A stretch of 64,000 bases of DNA from Azolla caroliniana (lineage: Eukaryota; Plantae; Polypodiophyta), in NCBI GenBank assembly GCA_043228905.1, contig JBHGNT010000013.1, positions 16,740,001 through 16,804,000 of the forward strand, in the 5' to 3' direction. Shown in pieces: positions 53,723 to 64,000 of this stretch. Position 1 is the stretch's first letter; each line of letters opens with the position of its first letter. The position numbers were made by a program, and so were the translations under genes. The notes below the pieces were generated by a model. The model ran no database searches. It was given only the letters and a program-made list of their open reading frames with translations, and had not been told where the DNA came from.

Positions 53723-55903
53723 TTATCTTGGTGCCATATTGTTACGAGAGAAGGACGAGCTGGCATAGTGGCTACTACTATAACTAGAGGTAGAGGTAGA
53801 GGTATTAGACTTTATTTCATTATCACGAATCCTGGGATGGTGAGGGATAAAAGCACCAGGGTATGCAGGCCTTGTGGCCTCAATGGGCACCACTAGCCCA
53901 TGTTGTAGGGTATGGAGCACTTCTTGCATTTCTGGTCGTGCCTCGGGAGTGGGATGGCAACACTTGAGCGCGATATGTAGGATGCACCTCCAAATTGTGG
54001 TGTTCACCTCCCCATGACCTTCTAATCCACCAATCTCCATCTGTGGATCCAATGCCTCCATTAGCGTGCCGCTCTCTTGCTTCGACCACACCCATTCGAC
54101 GAGCACCCGCTCATCCGTTATATCGGAACTTAAGTCGATGACCCGACGGCCGCATGCGACCTCTAGCGCTAGCACCCCGTAGCTATACACGTCCACTTTG
54201 TTTGTCGGCTTGCGTGTGAATATGACCTCGGGTGCGGTGTATCCAGGTGTGCCGGCGGCAGTCATGGTTTGGGTCACTTGGTTTTCGTCCTTGAGGAGGC
54301 GTAGCAACCCGAAGTCGCCGAGCATGGCCACGAAGTCGGACGTGAGCAGCACGTTGGCGGCCTTCACGTCCCGGTGGACTGCACCCGCAGCATGCACATG
54401 GCTCAGAGCCTCTGCCACTCCCTTCAGGATCTCTACCCTAGTTTCGCTACTCAAAACACCTGTGCCTTCCTTCCTGATGCACAGGTGGTCCGCCAAGCTT
54501 CCATTGCTCATGAATTGGTAGACCAGCATGGCCTCCCCTTTCTCGTAGCACCATCCTTTGAGCTCCACCAGGCGTGGGTGCTGCAGCTTGTTGATCATAT
54601 TGATCTCCGAGAAGAACTCATCTATCTTCCTCAGCCCCTCTTTGTTCAGCCGCTTCACGGCCACATCTTCGTACACCATCGATTCACCTTTCTTGGTAGG
54701 CTGATTTAATAATAATCTGCCCTTGTAGACGGTGCTGAATCCACCGCGCCCCACTCTGGCCTTGTCGTGGAAGCCCTGCGTAGCATTCCATAGCTGCTTG
54801 TATGTGTACCGTGGAATAGCCGCCGGAACCAGCACATCATTAGGAATGAGTGCAAGCTCCGTAATTTGATCATCATCGCTAGAACAACAGCATCTTTTCC
54901 AATAAGCTATTATTGCCGTGGCAATGGCTACTAAAATCACTACGGCAAGAATGCTGGGAATGAATATATTACGCTTATTGTTGTTGTCAACTGCTTTAGA
55001 AGTCTGTGGAGGGTTGTTGCTTGTGTTACTACTTCCAGACTCCAATGTATGTGGAGGGGTGCTAAGAGTGAAATTCCAGGAGAAGATAGCACAGCCTAGG
55101 GAGTGTCCGCCGCCTGAGGGTGAGGACAGACCAACAAACAGTGCCCGGGAATCGTGAAACATGGTGTAGAGATCATGAGTCATGTTGAGGAGGGGATCGA
55201 GGGGCCGAGATATGGTATCGGGTGTCATATTATTAATGTTGACCATGCGGAGCTCGATGGATGTATTGGCAGCATAGTAATCCACCCACACCATGAAAGA
55301 AGAGTTCTGGTAGAGATCGAGATCCGGATGTAGTGAAGATGCGTTGAGATCGACTGTGACATCTGAGATGAGGCTATTGATGTCGAGGCCGGCATGGTTG
55401 TTGTTGGGATCATCCAGTAGAGTGTCCTGAAATGTGTCGAACTCGGCCGCGAAGAGATGGCGAGATGGATCGGTCACATTGTAGGTGTTATTGGGGGGGA
55501 GGCCCAGCATCATGCTCAAGGTCTGGTTCCGAATAGTGTTATGAGGCGAGATAAAGAAGGCCATACCATCTCCTGCTGTGTTGAGCGAGGTAATGAACTG
55601 GAACTCGAAGGCGGTGCTGAAGGAGATGGTGTTGGTCTCCCAGCGGAAGGCATCATCGTAGAGGAGCCAGCCCGGATTTTGGATCGTCTGGTTCGGTGGC
55701 TGCTCGTTGGGGGGAGGGGTGAGCCAGACGGTTCCATCAGGTTCCAAAGCGCCCGTGTATCGTCGGACAAGTTTAGGGGGCAGAGTTTTGTCCGCTTTAG
55801 CATAACTAAAACTAAAATCAGCGTCTACAGTGGTGGCATGAAAGACAGCAGCAGCATATAACAGAAGGAAGGGCAGGATAGTGAGCATTGCAGCCATGGT
55901 CAT
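53723..55903 (-). CDS. L-type lectin receptor-like kinase (LecRK-C)
   Basis: Same architecture; FAAEFDTFQD..DPNNNHAG metal loop retained; intact RD kinase; start at MTMAAM. Confidence 0.95.
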   Translation of the reverse strand: MTMAAMLTILPFLLLYAAAVFHATTVDADFSFSYAKADKTLPPKLVRRYTGALEPDGTVWLTPPPNEQPPNQTIQNPGWLLYDDAFRWETNTISFSTAFEFQFITSLNTAGDGMAFFISPHNTIRNQTLSMMLGLPPNNTYNVTDPSRHLFAAEFDTFQDTLLDDPNNNHAGLDINSLISDVTVDLNASSLHPDLDLYQNSSFMVWVDYYAANTSIELRMVNINNMTPDTISRPLDPLLNMTHDLYTMFHDSRALFVGLSSPSGGGHSLGCAIFSWNFTLSTPPHTLESGSSNTSNNPPQTSKAVDNNNKRNIFIPSILAVVILVAIATAIIAYWKRCCCSSDDDQITELALIPNDVLVPAAIPRYTYKQLWNATQGFHDKARVGRGGFSTVYKGRLLLNQPTKKGESMVYEDVAVKRLNKEGLRKIDEFFSEINMINKLQHPRLVELKGWCYEKGEAMLVYQFMSNGSLADHLCIRKEGTGVLSSETRVEILKGVAEALSHVHAAGAVHRDVKAANVLLTSDFVAMLGDFGLLRLLKDENQVTQTMTAAGTPGYTAPEVIFTRKPTNKVDVYSYGVLALEVACGRRVIDLSSDITDERVLVEWVWSKQESGTLMEALDPQMEIGGLEGHGEVNTTIWRCILHIALKCCHPTPEARPEMQEVLHTLQHGLVVPIEATRPAYPGAFIPHHPRIRDNEIKSNTSTSTSSYSSSHYASSSFSRNNMAPR

Positions 55904-55916
55904 TGGGCAGCAGGAC

Positions 55917-56027
55917 GAAAGAAGGAAAGAAATATTAACGTCTTCTAAGACCACATTAATTAGCCCAAGGGAATTTGAACCCTTAACGAATTAAAAATAG
56001 GAGAAGCTCTTACCAATTAAGATAAAC
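55917..56027 (-). mobile_element. tRNA-derived SINE just upstream of the LecRK-C start codon
   Basis: On minus: A-box-like TATCTTAATTGGTAAGAGC, B-box GGGTTCAAATTCCC, then tail GGTCTTAGAAGACGTTAATATTTCTTTCC. Confidence 0.7.
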
Positions 56028-58080
56028 GTTTCTCATTATTCATTATATCACATGTCACTTACAATAAGAATAGATGAGTAGACTAAGTCAATGATGGTGA
56101 CCATTTACAATGCTTATGTTTTCTTGACCAAGTGGTGGGGGGGGGGGGGGGGGAGCTTGACCGGCACCAAATATTTTCAAAGCCCTTGCAAGTTGCGTCC
56201 AATCCACAAGAACAAAAAGACATTTACTTTCGAGTCAAAAGAAACTAACGTGTCCCCAATAAACTAAAAAAGAATCAATAGAGAGACCTTACGAACATAC
56301 AGTAAATAATGTGGACATTCACATATGTTTTCTAAGTGCAGTCACACATCATGTATCGTTGAGCTTGACTTCTGAACACTTTAGAGCCTCATGGATTATG
56401 GAAATAGACAATTCCACACACTCACTTATAATCTAAATAATTTTTTCATAACTAACTTCAACTTCCCTTTTAACTAATAGAATTAGAATATGATCCTAGT
56501 CAGATAGATAATAGTGAGAAACTTTAGTACATATGAAATAGGCTTCACAAACCTCTTTCAGCAATTCATTGGGAATTATTTGAAAATTGTGAAGCCCTTC
56601 ACTACCCTTGCTTACGATAATCTCATGCAAGGAATCCATTTCCTCTTGCATAATCACCATATCTTGAAGAGCTTTGAAACCATAAAGAAAGATTTCACTT
56701 TACTGCGTTTTTTTTCTTTAGATTTGACTGTTTCCAAACTCAAACTACCATCAAACAAATACTTAAAAGAAAAAGCAAAAGAACCCAAATTTCGGAAGCA
56801 TATATAAGGGAAAAGGATGACAAAAGTTATAAATATGTAGGAACAAAATAAAAGTGCACCAAAACCATGATTGTTGCCTTCACCTAGGAAGCTCTTTAGT
56901 TGGTTGTACACTCCTGTTTTCCCGCCATTGAGCATAAACCCCTTAAATTTGCAAGTTGCAATTCATGCACATTATTCTCAGCCCAATGCTTCATGACAGT
57001 AGGACATTTATACTTTGATTGCAACAACAAATTTCTACCTAGCTTAACTGAATATTGGAAAAACTGCAAATGTGTACTATTCCCACCAACACTTGGTTTT
57101 TTCCATTGATAATCAGCTGGATCCCAATACCATTTAACAACTTCTTTTACGTCTCCAATTATTTGTTTGATTATAGTGAGTTTGGAAACAATGGAATCTA
57201 AAGCAAAAGAACACAATAATGACTTTCAAGTATTTGTCTAATATGTAGACACGAAAAGTGAAAGAGAACATTTATACAGACACACAAAAAAGGTGAAAGA
57301 GAACATAATAATGTCTTTGATACAATTTATGCATGAAGAATAATCACATGGAAGCTTAGCTAATAATAGAGTTACTTTTACATATCTTGTCATTACCCAA
57401 GCATTATTAAGCAATATGTATTCAACATCTTAGAGACTTATATAGGAATGGGTAAATCACTCTCTTTTACATAATAATGGTGTAAATATACATGTTGAAG
57501 TGCGCATAATGATTCTTAAGGAACTTAATAATGAGGAGTTTGGTGCTTTATTCTTTGTCAATTGGTAAAAGTTAGAGTGGAGAATTTTACTGATACAATG
57601 CATACGACTTTAATGTTAGCCTAGTTCCATGACATAAAAAGATTGCCACCAACACAATTAAGGAAAGGAATCACATTTACAATGCATGGTACCATTAAGT
57701 AAAGGATTGTAACTAAGAGATAAGAACTTGGATAAACAATGATAGGTTGTAGATATTTGGGGAGTATGGACCCACTCAAGTTGTATTTGGGGAGACCCAA
57801 CAATTCCAAACTCTTTTCGTGTCCTCGAACATGGGCCGAAAGAAGCATGAACACAGAAATACAAACCACAAGCTCAACTATATGGATTTCGAGCAAAATT
57901 GTCAGCTTCGAGCAAACAAGGAGATCACGATCCATACCCTTTATAACATTTATCCATTACTTTCTCTTGCATCAGAGCAGTTGGAGCACTTACCCCACTT
58001 ACCCTAAGGAGTTTGGAGACCGGGATCCGTGTCCTTGTTTGATATACAACGAGTTGATTTATATATATATATACACATGG

Positions 58081-60276
58081 TTAGCTTGTGGCCATATTGG
58101 TACGAGAGTTGGATGAGCTGGCATAGTGGCTACTACTATAATTAGAGGTAGAGGTAGAGGTAGTAGAATTTATTTCATTATCTCGCAGCCCGGGGTGATG
58201 AAGAACAAAAGCACCAGGGTAAGGAGGCCTTGTGGGCTCAAGGGGCACCACTAGCCCATGTTGTAGGGTATGGAGCACTTCTTGCATTTCGGGTCGTGAT
58301 TCGGGATTGGGATGGCAACAATTGAGCGCAATATGTAGGATGCACTTCCAAATTGTGTTGTTCACCTCCCCACCCTCGAACCCACCGATCTCCATCCGTG
58401 GATCCAATGCCTTCATTAGCATGCCGCTCTCTTGCTTCGACCACACCCAATCGAGAAGCACCCGCTCCTCCGTTATATCGAAACTTGTCTCGATGACCCG
58501 GCGCCCACATGCCACCTCTAGGGCGAGCACGCCATAGCTATACACGTCCACTTTATTGGTTGGCGTGCGTGTGAACATGACCTCGGGTGCGGTGTATCCG
58601 GGCGTGCCGGCGGCGGTCATTGTTTGGGTCATGTGGTTGTCGTCCTTGAGGAGGCGTAGCAACCCGAAGTCGCCCAGCATGGCCGCAAAGTCGGACGTGA
58701 GCAGCACGTTGGCGGCCTTCACGTCCCGGTGCACCGCACCAGCAGCATGCAGATGGCTCAGAGCTTCTGCCACTCCCTTCAGGATCTCCACCCTCGTCTC
58801 ACTTCTCAAGGAAGCTGTGTTGTCCTTCCTGGTGCTGAACAGGTGGTCCGCCAAGCTTCCATGGCTCATGAATTGGTAGACCAGCATGGCCTCCCCTTTC
58901 TCGTAGCACCATCCTTTGAGCTCCACCAGGCGTGGGTGCTTCAGCTTGTTGATCATATTGATCTCCGAGAAGAACTCATCGCTCTTCCTCAGCCCCTCTC
59001 TGTTCACCCGCTTCACCGCCACTTCTTCGTACACCATCGATTCACCTTTCTTGCCAGACTGCGGCGTTACTAATAATCTGCCCTTGTAGACGGTGCTGTA
59101 TCCACCGCGCCCCACTCTGGCCTTGTCGTGGAAGCCCTGGGTAGCCTTCCATAGCTGCTTGTATGTGTACCTCGGCATAGCAGCCGGGACGAGCACATCA
59201 TTCGGAATGAGCGCAAGCTCCATATTTCGATCCTCATCCGTAGAACAACAGCATCCTTTCCAATAAGCTATTATTCCGATGGCAATGGCTACTACGATCG
59301 TTACGGAAAGAATGCCAGGAATGAGTATAAGCTTAATGTCGTTGTTGCCTGATTTAGAAATCTGTGGAGGACTGGGCACATGGTTGTTGCTTGTGTTACT
59401 ACTACTACTACTACTACTATTAGACTGCGATGGATCTTGGGGGGTGCTAAGCGTGAAATTCCAGAGACGGATAGCACAGCCTTGGGAGAGTGCGCCCGTG
59501 GATGCCGATATGCCGACGTACAGTGGCGGGGAATCTCGGAACACGGTGGACAGGTCACGAGTCAAGTCGAGGAGGGGATTGAGGGGCCGAGATTTTCCGG
59601 ATGTCATATCAGTGTTGACCATGCGGAGCTCGATGGATGTAGTGGCAGCATAGTAATCCACCCACACCATGAAAGAAGAGTTGCTGTAGAGGTCGAGGTC
59701 CGGGCGGCCGGAAGAAGGCGTGAAATCGTAGGTGACATCCGAGAGGAGGCTATTGATGTCGAACCCCGTGTGGTTGTTGCTGGGGTCATCCAGTAGGGTA
59801 TTGCGAAAGGTGTCGAACTCGACGGCGAAGAGATGGCGCGATGGATCGGTCACGTTGTAGGTGTCATTGGGGAGGAGGCCCATCATCATGCCCAAGCTGT
59901 GGTCCGGAACGTTGTTATGAGGCGAGATAAAGAAGGCCATGCCATCTCCTGCTCTGTTGAGCGAGGTAATGAATTGGAACTCGAAGGCGGTGCTGAAGGA
60001 GGTGGTGTTGGTCTCCCAAAGGAAGGCATTATCGTAGAGGAGCCAGCCCACCTGTAGGCGCATCTGGCTCGATTGCTGTTCGTTAGGGTTGGGGGTGAGC
60101 CAGACGGTTCCATCACTTTTCAAAGAGGCATTGCTCCGTAGGACAAGGTTAGAGGGCAGAGTTTTGTCTGCTTGAGCATAGCTAAACGTAAAATCAGCTT
60201 CAACAATGGTGCCATGGAAGGCAGGAGCATATAACAGAAGGAAGGGCAGGATAGTGAGCGCAGCAGCCATGGTCAT
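58081..60276 (-). CDS. L-type lectin receptor-like kinase (LecRK-D)
   Basis: Same architecture; FAVEFDTFRN..DPSNNH; poly-Ser stalk; intact RD kinase; start at MTMAAA. Confidence 0.95.
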   Translation of the reverse strand: MTMAAALTILPFLLLYAPAFHGTIVEADFTFSYAQADKTLPSNLVLRSNASLKSDGTVWLTPNPNEQQSSQMRLQVGWLLYDNAFLWETNTTSFSTAFEFQFITSLNRAGDGMAFFISPHNNVPDHSLGMMMGLLPNDTYNVTDPSRHLFAVEFDTFRNTLLDDPSNNHTGFDINSLLSDVTYDFTPSSGRPDLDLYSNSSFMVWVDYYAATTSIELRMVNTDMTSGKSRPLNPLLDLTRDLSTVFRDSPPLYVGISASTGALSQGCAIRLWNFTLSTPQDPSQSNSSSSSSSNTSNNHVPSPPQISKSGNNDIKLILIPGILSVTIVVAIAIGIIAYWKGCCCSTDEDRNMELALIPNDVLVPAAMPRYTYKQLWKATQGFHDKARVGRGGYSTVYKGRLLVTPQSGKKGESMVYEEVAVKRVNREGLRKSDEFFSEINMINKLKHPRLVELKGWCYEKGEAMLVYQFMSHGSLADHLFSTRKDNTASLRSETRVEILKGVAEALSHLHAAGAVHRDVKAANVLLTSDFAAMLGDFGLLRLLKDDNHMTQTMTAAGTPGYTAPEVMFTRTPTNKVDVYSYGVLALEVACGRRVIETSFDITEERVLLDWVWSKQESGMLMKALDPRMEIGGFEGGEVNNTIWKCILHIALNCCHPNPESRPEMQEVLHTLQHGLVVPLEPTRPPYPGAFVLHHPGLRDNEINSTTSTSTSNYSSSHYASSSNSRTNMATS

Positions 60277-60322
60277 TGGGCAGCAGCGCCAGCCTCGTAC
60301 AGAGAGAGACAGGGAGAGGTAC

Positions 60323-60359
<37 letters not shown>

Positions 60360-60614
60360 AAAAGAGGCGGTGTCCTTCCCAAGACCAAGTCAAAGATGGT
60401 GACCATTTAGAATGCAAATTTTTCTTGACCAAAAGTGGTTGGGGAGGAAGGGCTTCACCGGCCTTCAATTATTTTGCAACTTGAGTCCATTCCACAAGGA
60501 CAAAAAGACATTCGCCTCAAGAGTCAAAAGAAACTAACGCGTCCCCAATGTACTGGAAATTTCCGCACTATATGTAACCCACATCAGAATTGATCTTCCA
60601 TCTGTCGGAAATGA

Positions 60615-62060
60615 AGTACATGCTCAAAAAATCAAGATATAACTTGAAAGTTGAGAAATATGACTTCAAATTGGATGCCAAGGTAGAGTCTAGAAGAATA
60701 CAGAGGCTTTGCGGAAACCAATTGCCCTAGGACACGCACCACACTCATGTACCCTATCGTCATCGATCACAACTAGCGCAAAGGCTCTTTTGTTTTACTC
60801 TTGAGTATACAACGGAGGGAAAATGAGAATCATTCACTCTATATATCCCACTACCATCACAAATCACACATCGTATTACTTGTGGGATCTCTAAATTCAC
60901 GTATTGAGTGGTTAAACTATGAATGACTTCTATAAAAGGCATCTACTTATTAAAAAACCAAAAGTGGGATAAGAACGCGATATAAAGGGGTTGTAAGTTG
61001 TAACTTTTGCAAATTGGAATCCCAACTTTTTGCAAACCTTTATGGGTATGAGAAAACCACGATGGTTGCTCAAATTGTTGGTATGTGGTAAAGTTAGTTT
61101 CATTTATTATTGAGCTACTAGATCGAGTTAAATTAGCATTTTAATATTAGTACGAGAGCACACACTAGAGAGTAAGCTTGGCTCGAATTAATTTGTTGCT
61201 AGTTTTTCATTTGAGGCAAGTCTTCAGGAAACTCCTAGAGTATTGGGTAGAGTTGCTCTTCAAGGTCAAATTGATATGTTGAAAGGGCTAAAGGAAAGCG
61301 TTATTTGTGGCAACATCGTTCCATCATAAGAAGGTATCATTTGCTCGAAACAAATGCTGAAATGGAGACTGATCAAAGTAATCTATCATTTGCTTGAAAT
61401 GGAACAATTATAGCCACTCAATTGTTGATTTATCATAACGTACATGTTCAAGAGTCAAGATATACATTAGCTTGAGAAATAAGACTTCAAATTGGATGCC
61501 ATGTGAAGAGTCTACAAGTACAAAGATGCTTGAGGAGCAAAATTCATACAATGAGCACCACTCATATACTCTATCCTTATCAATCAGAAGTACTGTGAAG
61601 GCTATTTTTATTTACTCTAAAGTGAAAAACAAAGAAAAAGTGCAAAATAATAGTGGGAACCCTAACAAACATGAGGGGTCAAGAATCAAAACGAGATGTT
61701 GAAATCATGTGATGTCTTTATCTTCACAATTTTATATCCCACTTACATCACAAATCTTGGTATGTGTTACTCATGGGATATCTATCTAAATTCACTTGTT
61801 GAGTGGGTAAACAACATAAAACCTTTTATATTGATAAGCGTGAATGAATAACATAAAAGGCATTCAATTATTGAAAAATCATAAATGGGATTTAGAAGGG
61901 TGAAATAAGGATAAGATATAAAAGAGTGTGTGCCACTTGGAGTCTTAACTTATTGAACATGTATGAGTATGAGTAAACCTATCGTCATGCGGTAAACTTA
62001 GTTTCCTTTCATTATCGAGATGCTCAATTGAGTCAAAATAGCCATCTTAATATTAGTTTG
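60615..62060. repeat. Old diverged direct duplication (~60615-61150 versus ~61440-62060)
   Basis: Shared blocks GTACATG.TCAA, TTGAGAAATA.GACTTCAAATTGGATGCCA, GCACCAC, TATATCCCACT, CTAAATTCAC..TTGAGTGG and TTAATATTAGT. Confidence 0.75.
61213..61322 (+). pseudogene. rpoC2: Decayed plastid RNA polymerase beta'' C-terminal fragment (NUPT)
   Basis: Translates [37 protein letters not shown], matching the conserved EASFQET.RVL..AA..G.ID.LKGLKENV..G..IP motif. Confidence 0.75.
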
Positions 62061-62129
62061 GCAACACAAACTAAAGAGCTACCTAGTCACTTAGGAAAAA
62101 ATTGTTGATTTGGGACACTACAGAGTTGT

Positions 62130-63950
62130 CTTTAGCAAGTAGAGTAATAATACCTTCTCCTTTCATCTATGTTGTATATTGCATCCACATGTTTGTTGCA
62201 GATTCAAAAACTGGTTCGAAACTTTATTTGGATAGGAATAAGTAATAATGATGCTCGTGCAAAGCTAGCTTGGTCAACACTTACGACACAATTATTTGTT
62301 GGTGGTTTAGGGTTGGTAGACCCAGATAGTCAATGTAAGGATCTTTTGACAAAATTTGTTGTTAGGGCTATGTTGCCTGCGAAAGGTATATGGTCTGAGT
62401 TGCTTTTAAACCGATTGGTTGATATTAAACCGTCTACTGGTGGTTTTTGGAAACCATCTCTAAGATGGGCATTCTTGTCCAATTTTAAGACGAGACAAAT
62501 ACATGGCTTGAAAGATGGTTTTATGGTTGGCATTTGTAAAGCATGGGATGTTGTTAAGTTTTTTTTTTATTCGTTGATGCCCATCTTCGAATGAAGAATT
62601 GTTGCGGCAACCTTTGATTTGGAATTTTATTTTCTCTGATGAGGGGGTGTATTTCTTGGAAGTAGACCGCAGTTACAGTGGGCTATGTTGGGTAATGGTA
62701 TAGTTGCCATTGTAGCCTCTTGGGGAAATTATGTTTGTCATCTTAATAATTCTCAGCTTCATGCTACAAGGTGTAGGGGTTTTAGAGCTATGTTTCATGC
62801 AATTCAGTTATCTTTAGGGGATTTTCTCTCTAATTGGTCACCTTCTTTTGTGCATGTTTGGTTTGGATACTTACTCCGGTTGGTGTTATGATAGGAGTCA
62901 AAGGAACAATGTCTCAAGGAGATTGTTATTATTTTGATGTATCTGAGGAAGGAAATATTATAATGGCAAATTGATGTGGAATCGTCAAATTGGCAAACGG
63001 CATTGCAACATCCGGTGAGAGTGATTGGTAAATCAGGTAAAAGGTGGATTTTAGATCCTCCTCCTTCTAATAGTATGTTATTTTGCCAACTATGGCTATT
63101 TAAAAAAAAGTTGTTGTTGGACGTGCATTGGGATCCATCAGATTATCTTTGGAAACATACAAATCCTTTGTCTCAAACAAAATTTATTTAGTTTTTTCAA
63201 TATTCTGTGAAGTTGGGACGAAAGTTTCTTTTAAGTAAGAAATTGTATCCGCCATCCACTATGAAAGTGTGGTTGGCGAATGAGACCTCTTTAATGGATC
63301 CTTCTAAATATTGGAAGTGGTTATGGAGTATGTAGATTCCCAAGAAGATTGTACTTTTTCGCTTGTTATTGATCCATTATGCACTACTGGTTTGAGCCTA
63401 GGTACGACAACTAAATAGTAAGTCGTGTGGATTTGGTTGTGGATGTATGATGGAATCAATTAAGCATGTATTGTGGTCTTGTCCTAAAATTATGCAAGTG
63501 CTCTATGGTCTAGAATGTTCTAGCGTACTTTTTATTCGAGGACTTTCTAGAATACCCTATTCTGTTATAAATGTTGAATTCTGGTTGTTACTTATTCATA
63601 CATTATGTGGTCACTGGTCAATACGAAAGTTTTACAGGCAATGTTGATGTCATTTTCAGGAAGCAAATGCAGTTTAACAGGTTATGGGATTCAATGCTCG
63701 TTTTTAGGGAAGATGGAGATCACATAATATGGACGTATATTGTTCCCATCATTTTGGGAAACAATGTCTACTAACTTTGTTTATGGATTCTATTGCTACA
63801 GATGTTGGTGTTATAGGTTACATTGCATACTCATTTGCAGTTTGGGAGGAGTAGACCATACAAATCTTGGAGATTTGGTGTACAAATATGTGTAGTTCTT
63901 GTATATAGGCATCGAATAGGATATGATGTGAGTACAATGGAGTCGGTTGG
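62130..63950 (+). mobile_element. L1-like LINE ORF2 3' half, degenerate
   Basis: IQKLVRNFIW..KLAWSTL..GGLGLVD..LLTKF motif; later ESIKHVLWSCP zf-RVT; many stops. Confidence 0.85.
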
Positions 63951-64000
63951 TATACTCGTTTATCCAACACAATTTTTGTATTTCTTATGATTTTATAATA

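Overview
Eukaryotic nuclear DNA from a land plant, probably a seed-free lineage (fern, lycophyte or bryophyte; inferred from the transposon lineages present, not certain). The host content is a tandem cluster of four intronless L-type lectin receptor-like kinase (LecRK) genes on the minus strand, plus a 126-bp orphan LecRK fragment. These sit in dense, nested transposon DNA. A ~550-bp hAT MITE has been inflated to 21.3 kb by a Copia element (carrying an RTEX LINE, a second hAT MITE and a Gypsy solo LTR) and a Gypsy element (carrying an intact Copia). Other content: a second young Copia, a 1.9-kb non-autonomous chromovirus derivative, L1 fragments, tRNA-derived SINEs, tandem arrays and a decayed plastid rpoC2 fragment. 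The most unusual signals are: (i) the same in-frame UGA, a second PPT and a ~220-aa Pol tail in two diverged Copia copies; (ii) a complete Tf1-type self-priming geometry in a non-coding mini-element; (iii) a Gypsy family with 4-bp CpG-centred target sites, a tRNA-Trp PBS and a G_GAU_UUU -1 frameshift signal after protease; (iv) a SINE sharing its 3' tail with an RTEX LINE, inserted just upstream of two LecRK start codons; (v) an LTR pair whose six differences are all C:G/A:T transversions. Coordinates were counted by hand and may be off by a few bases.
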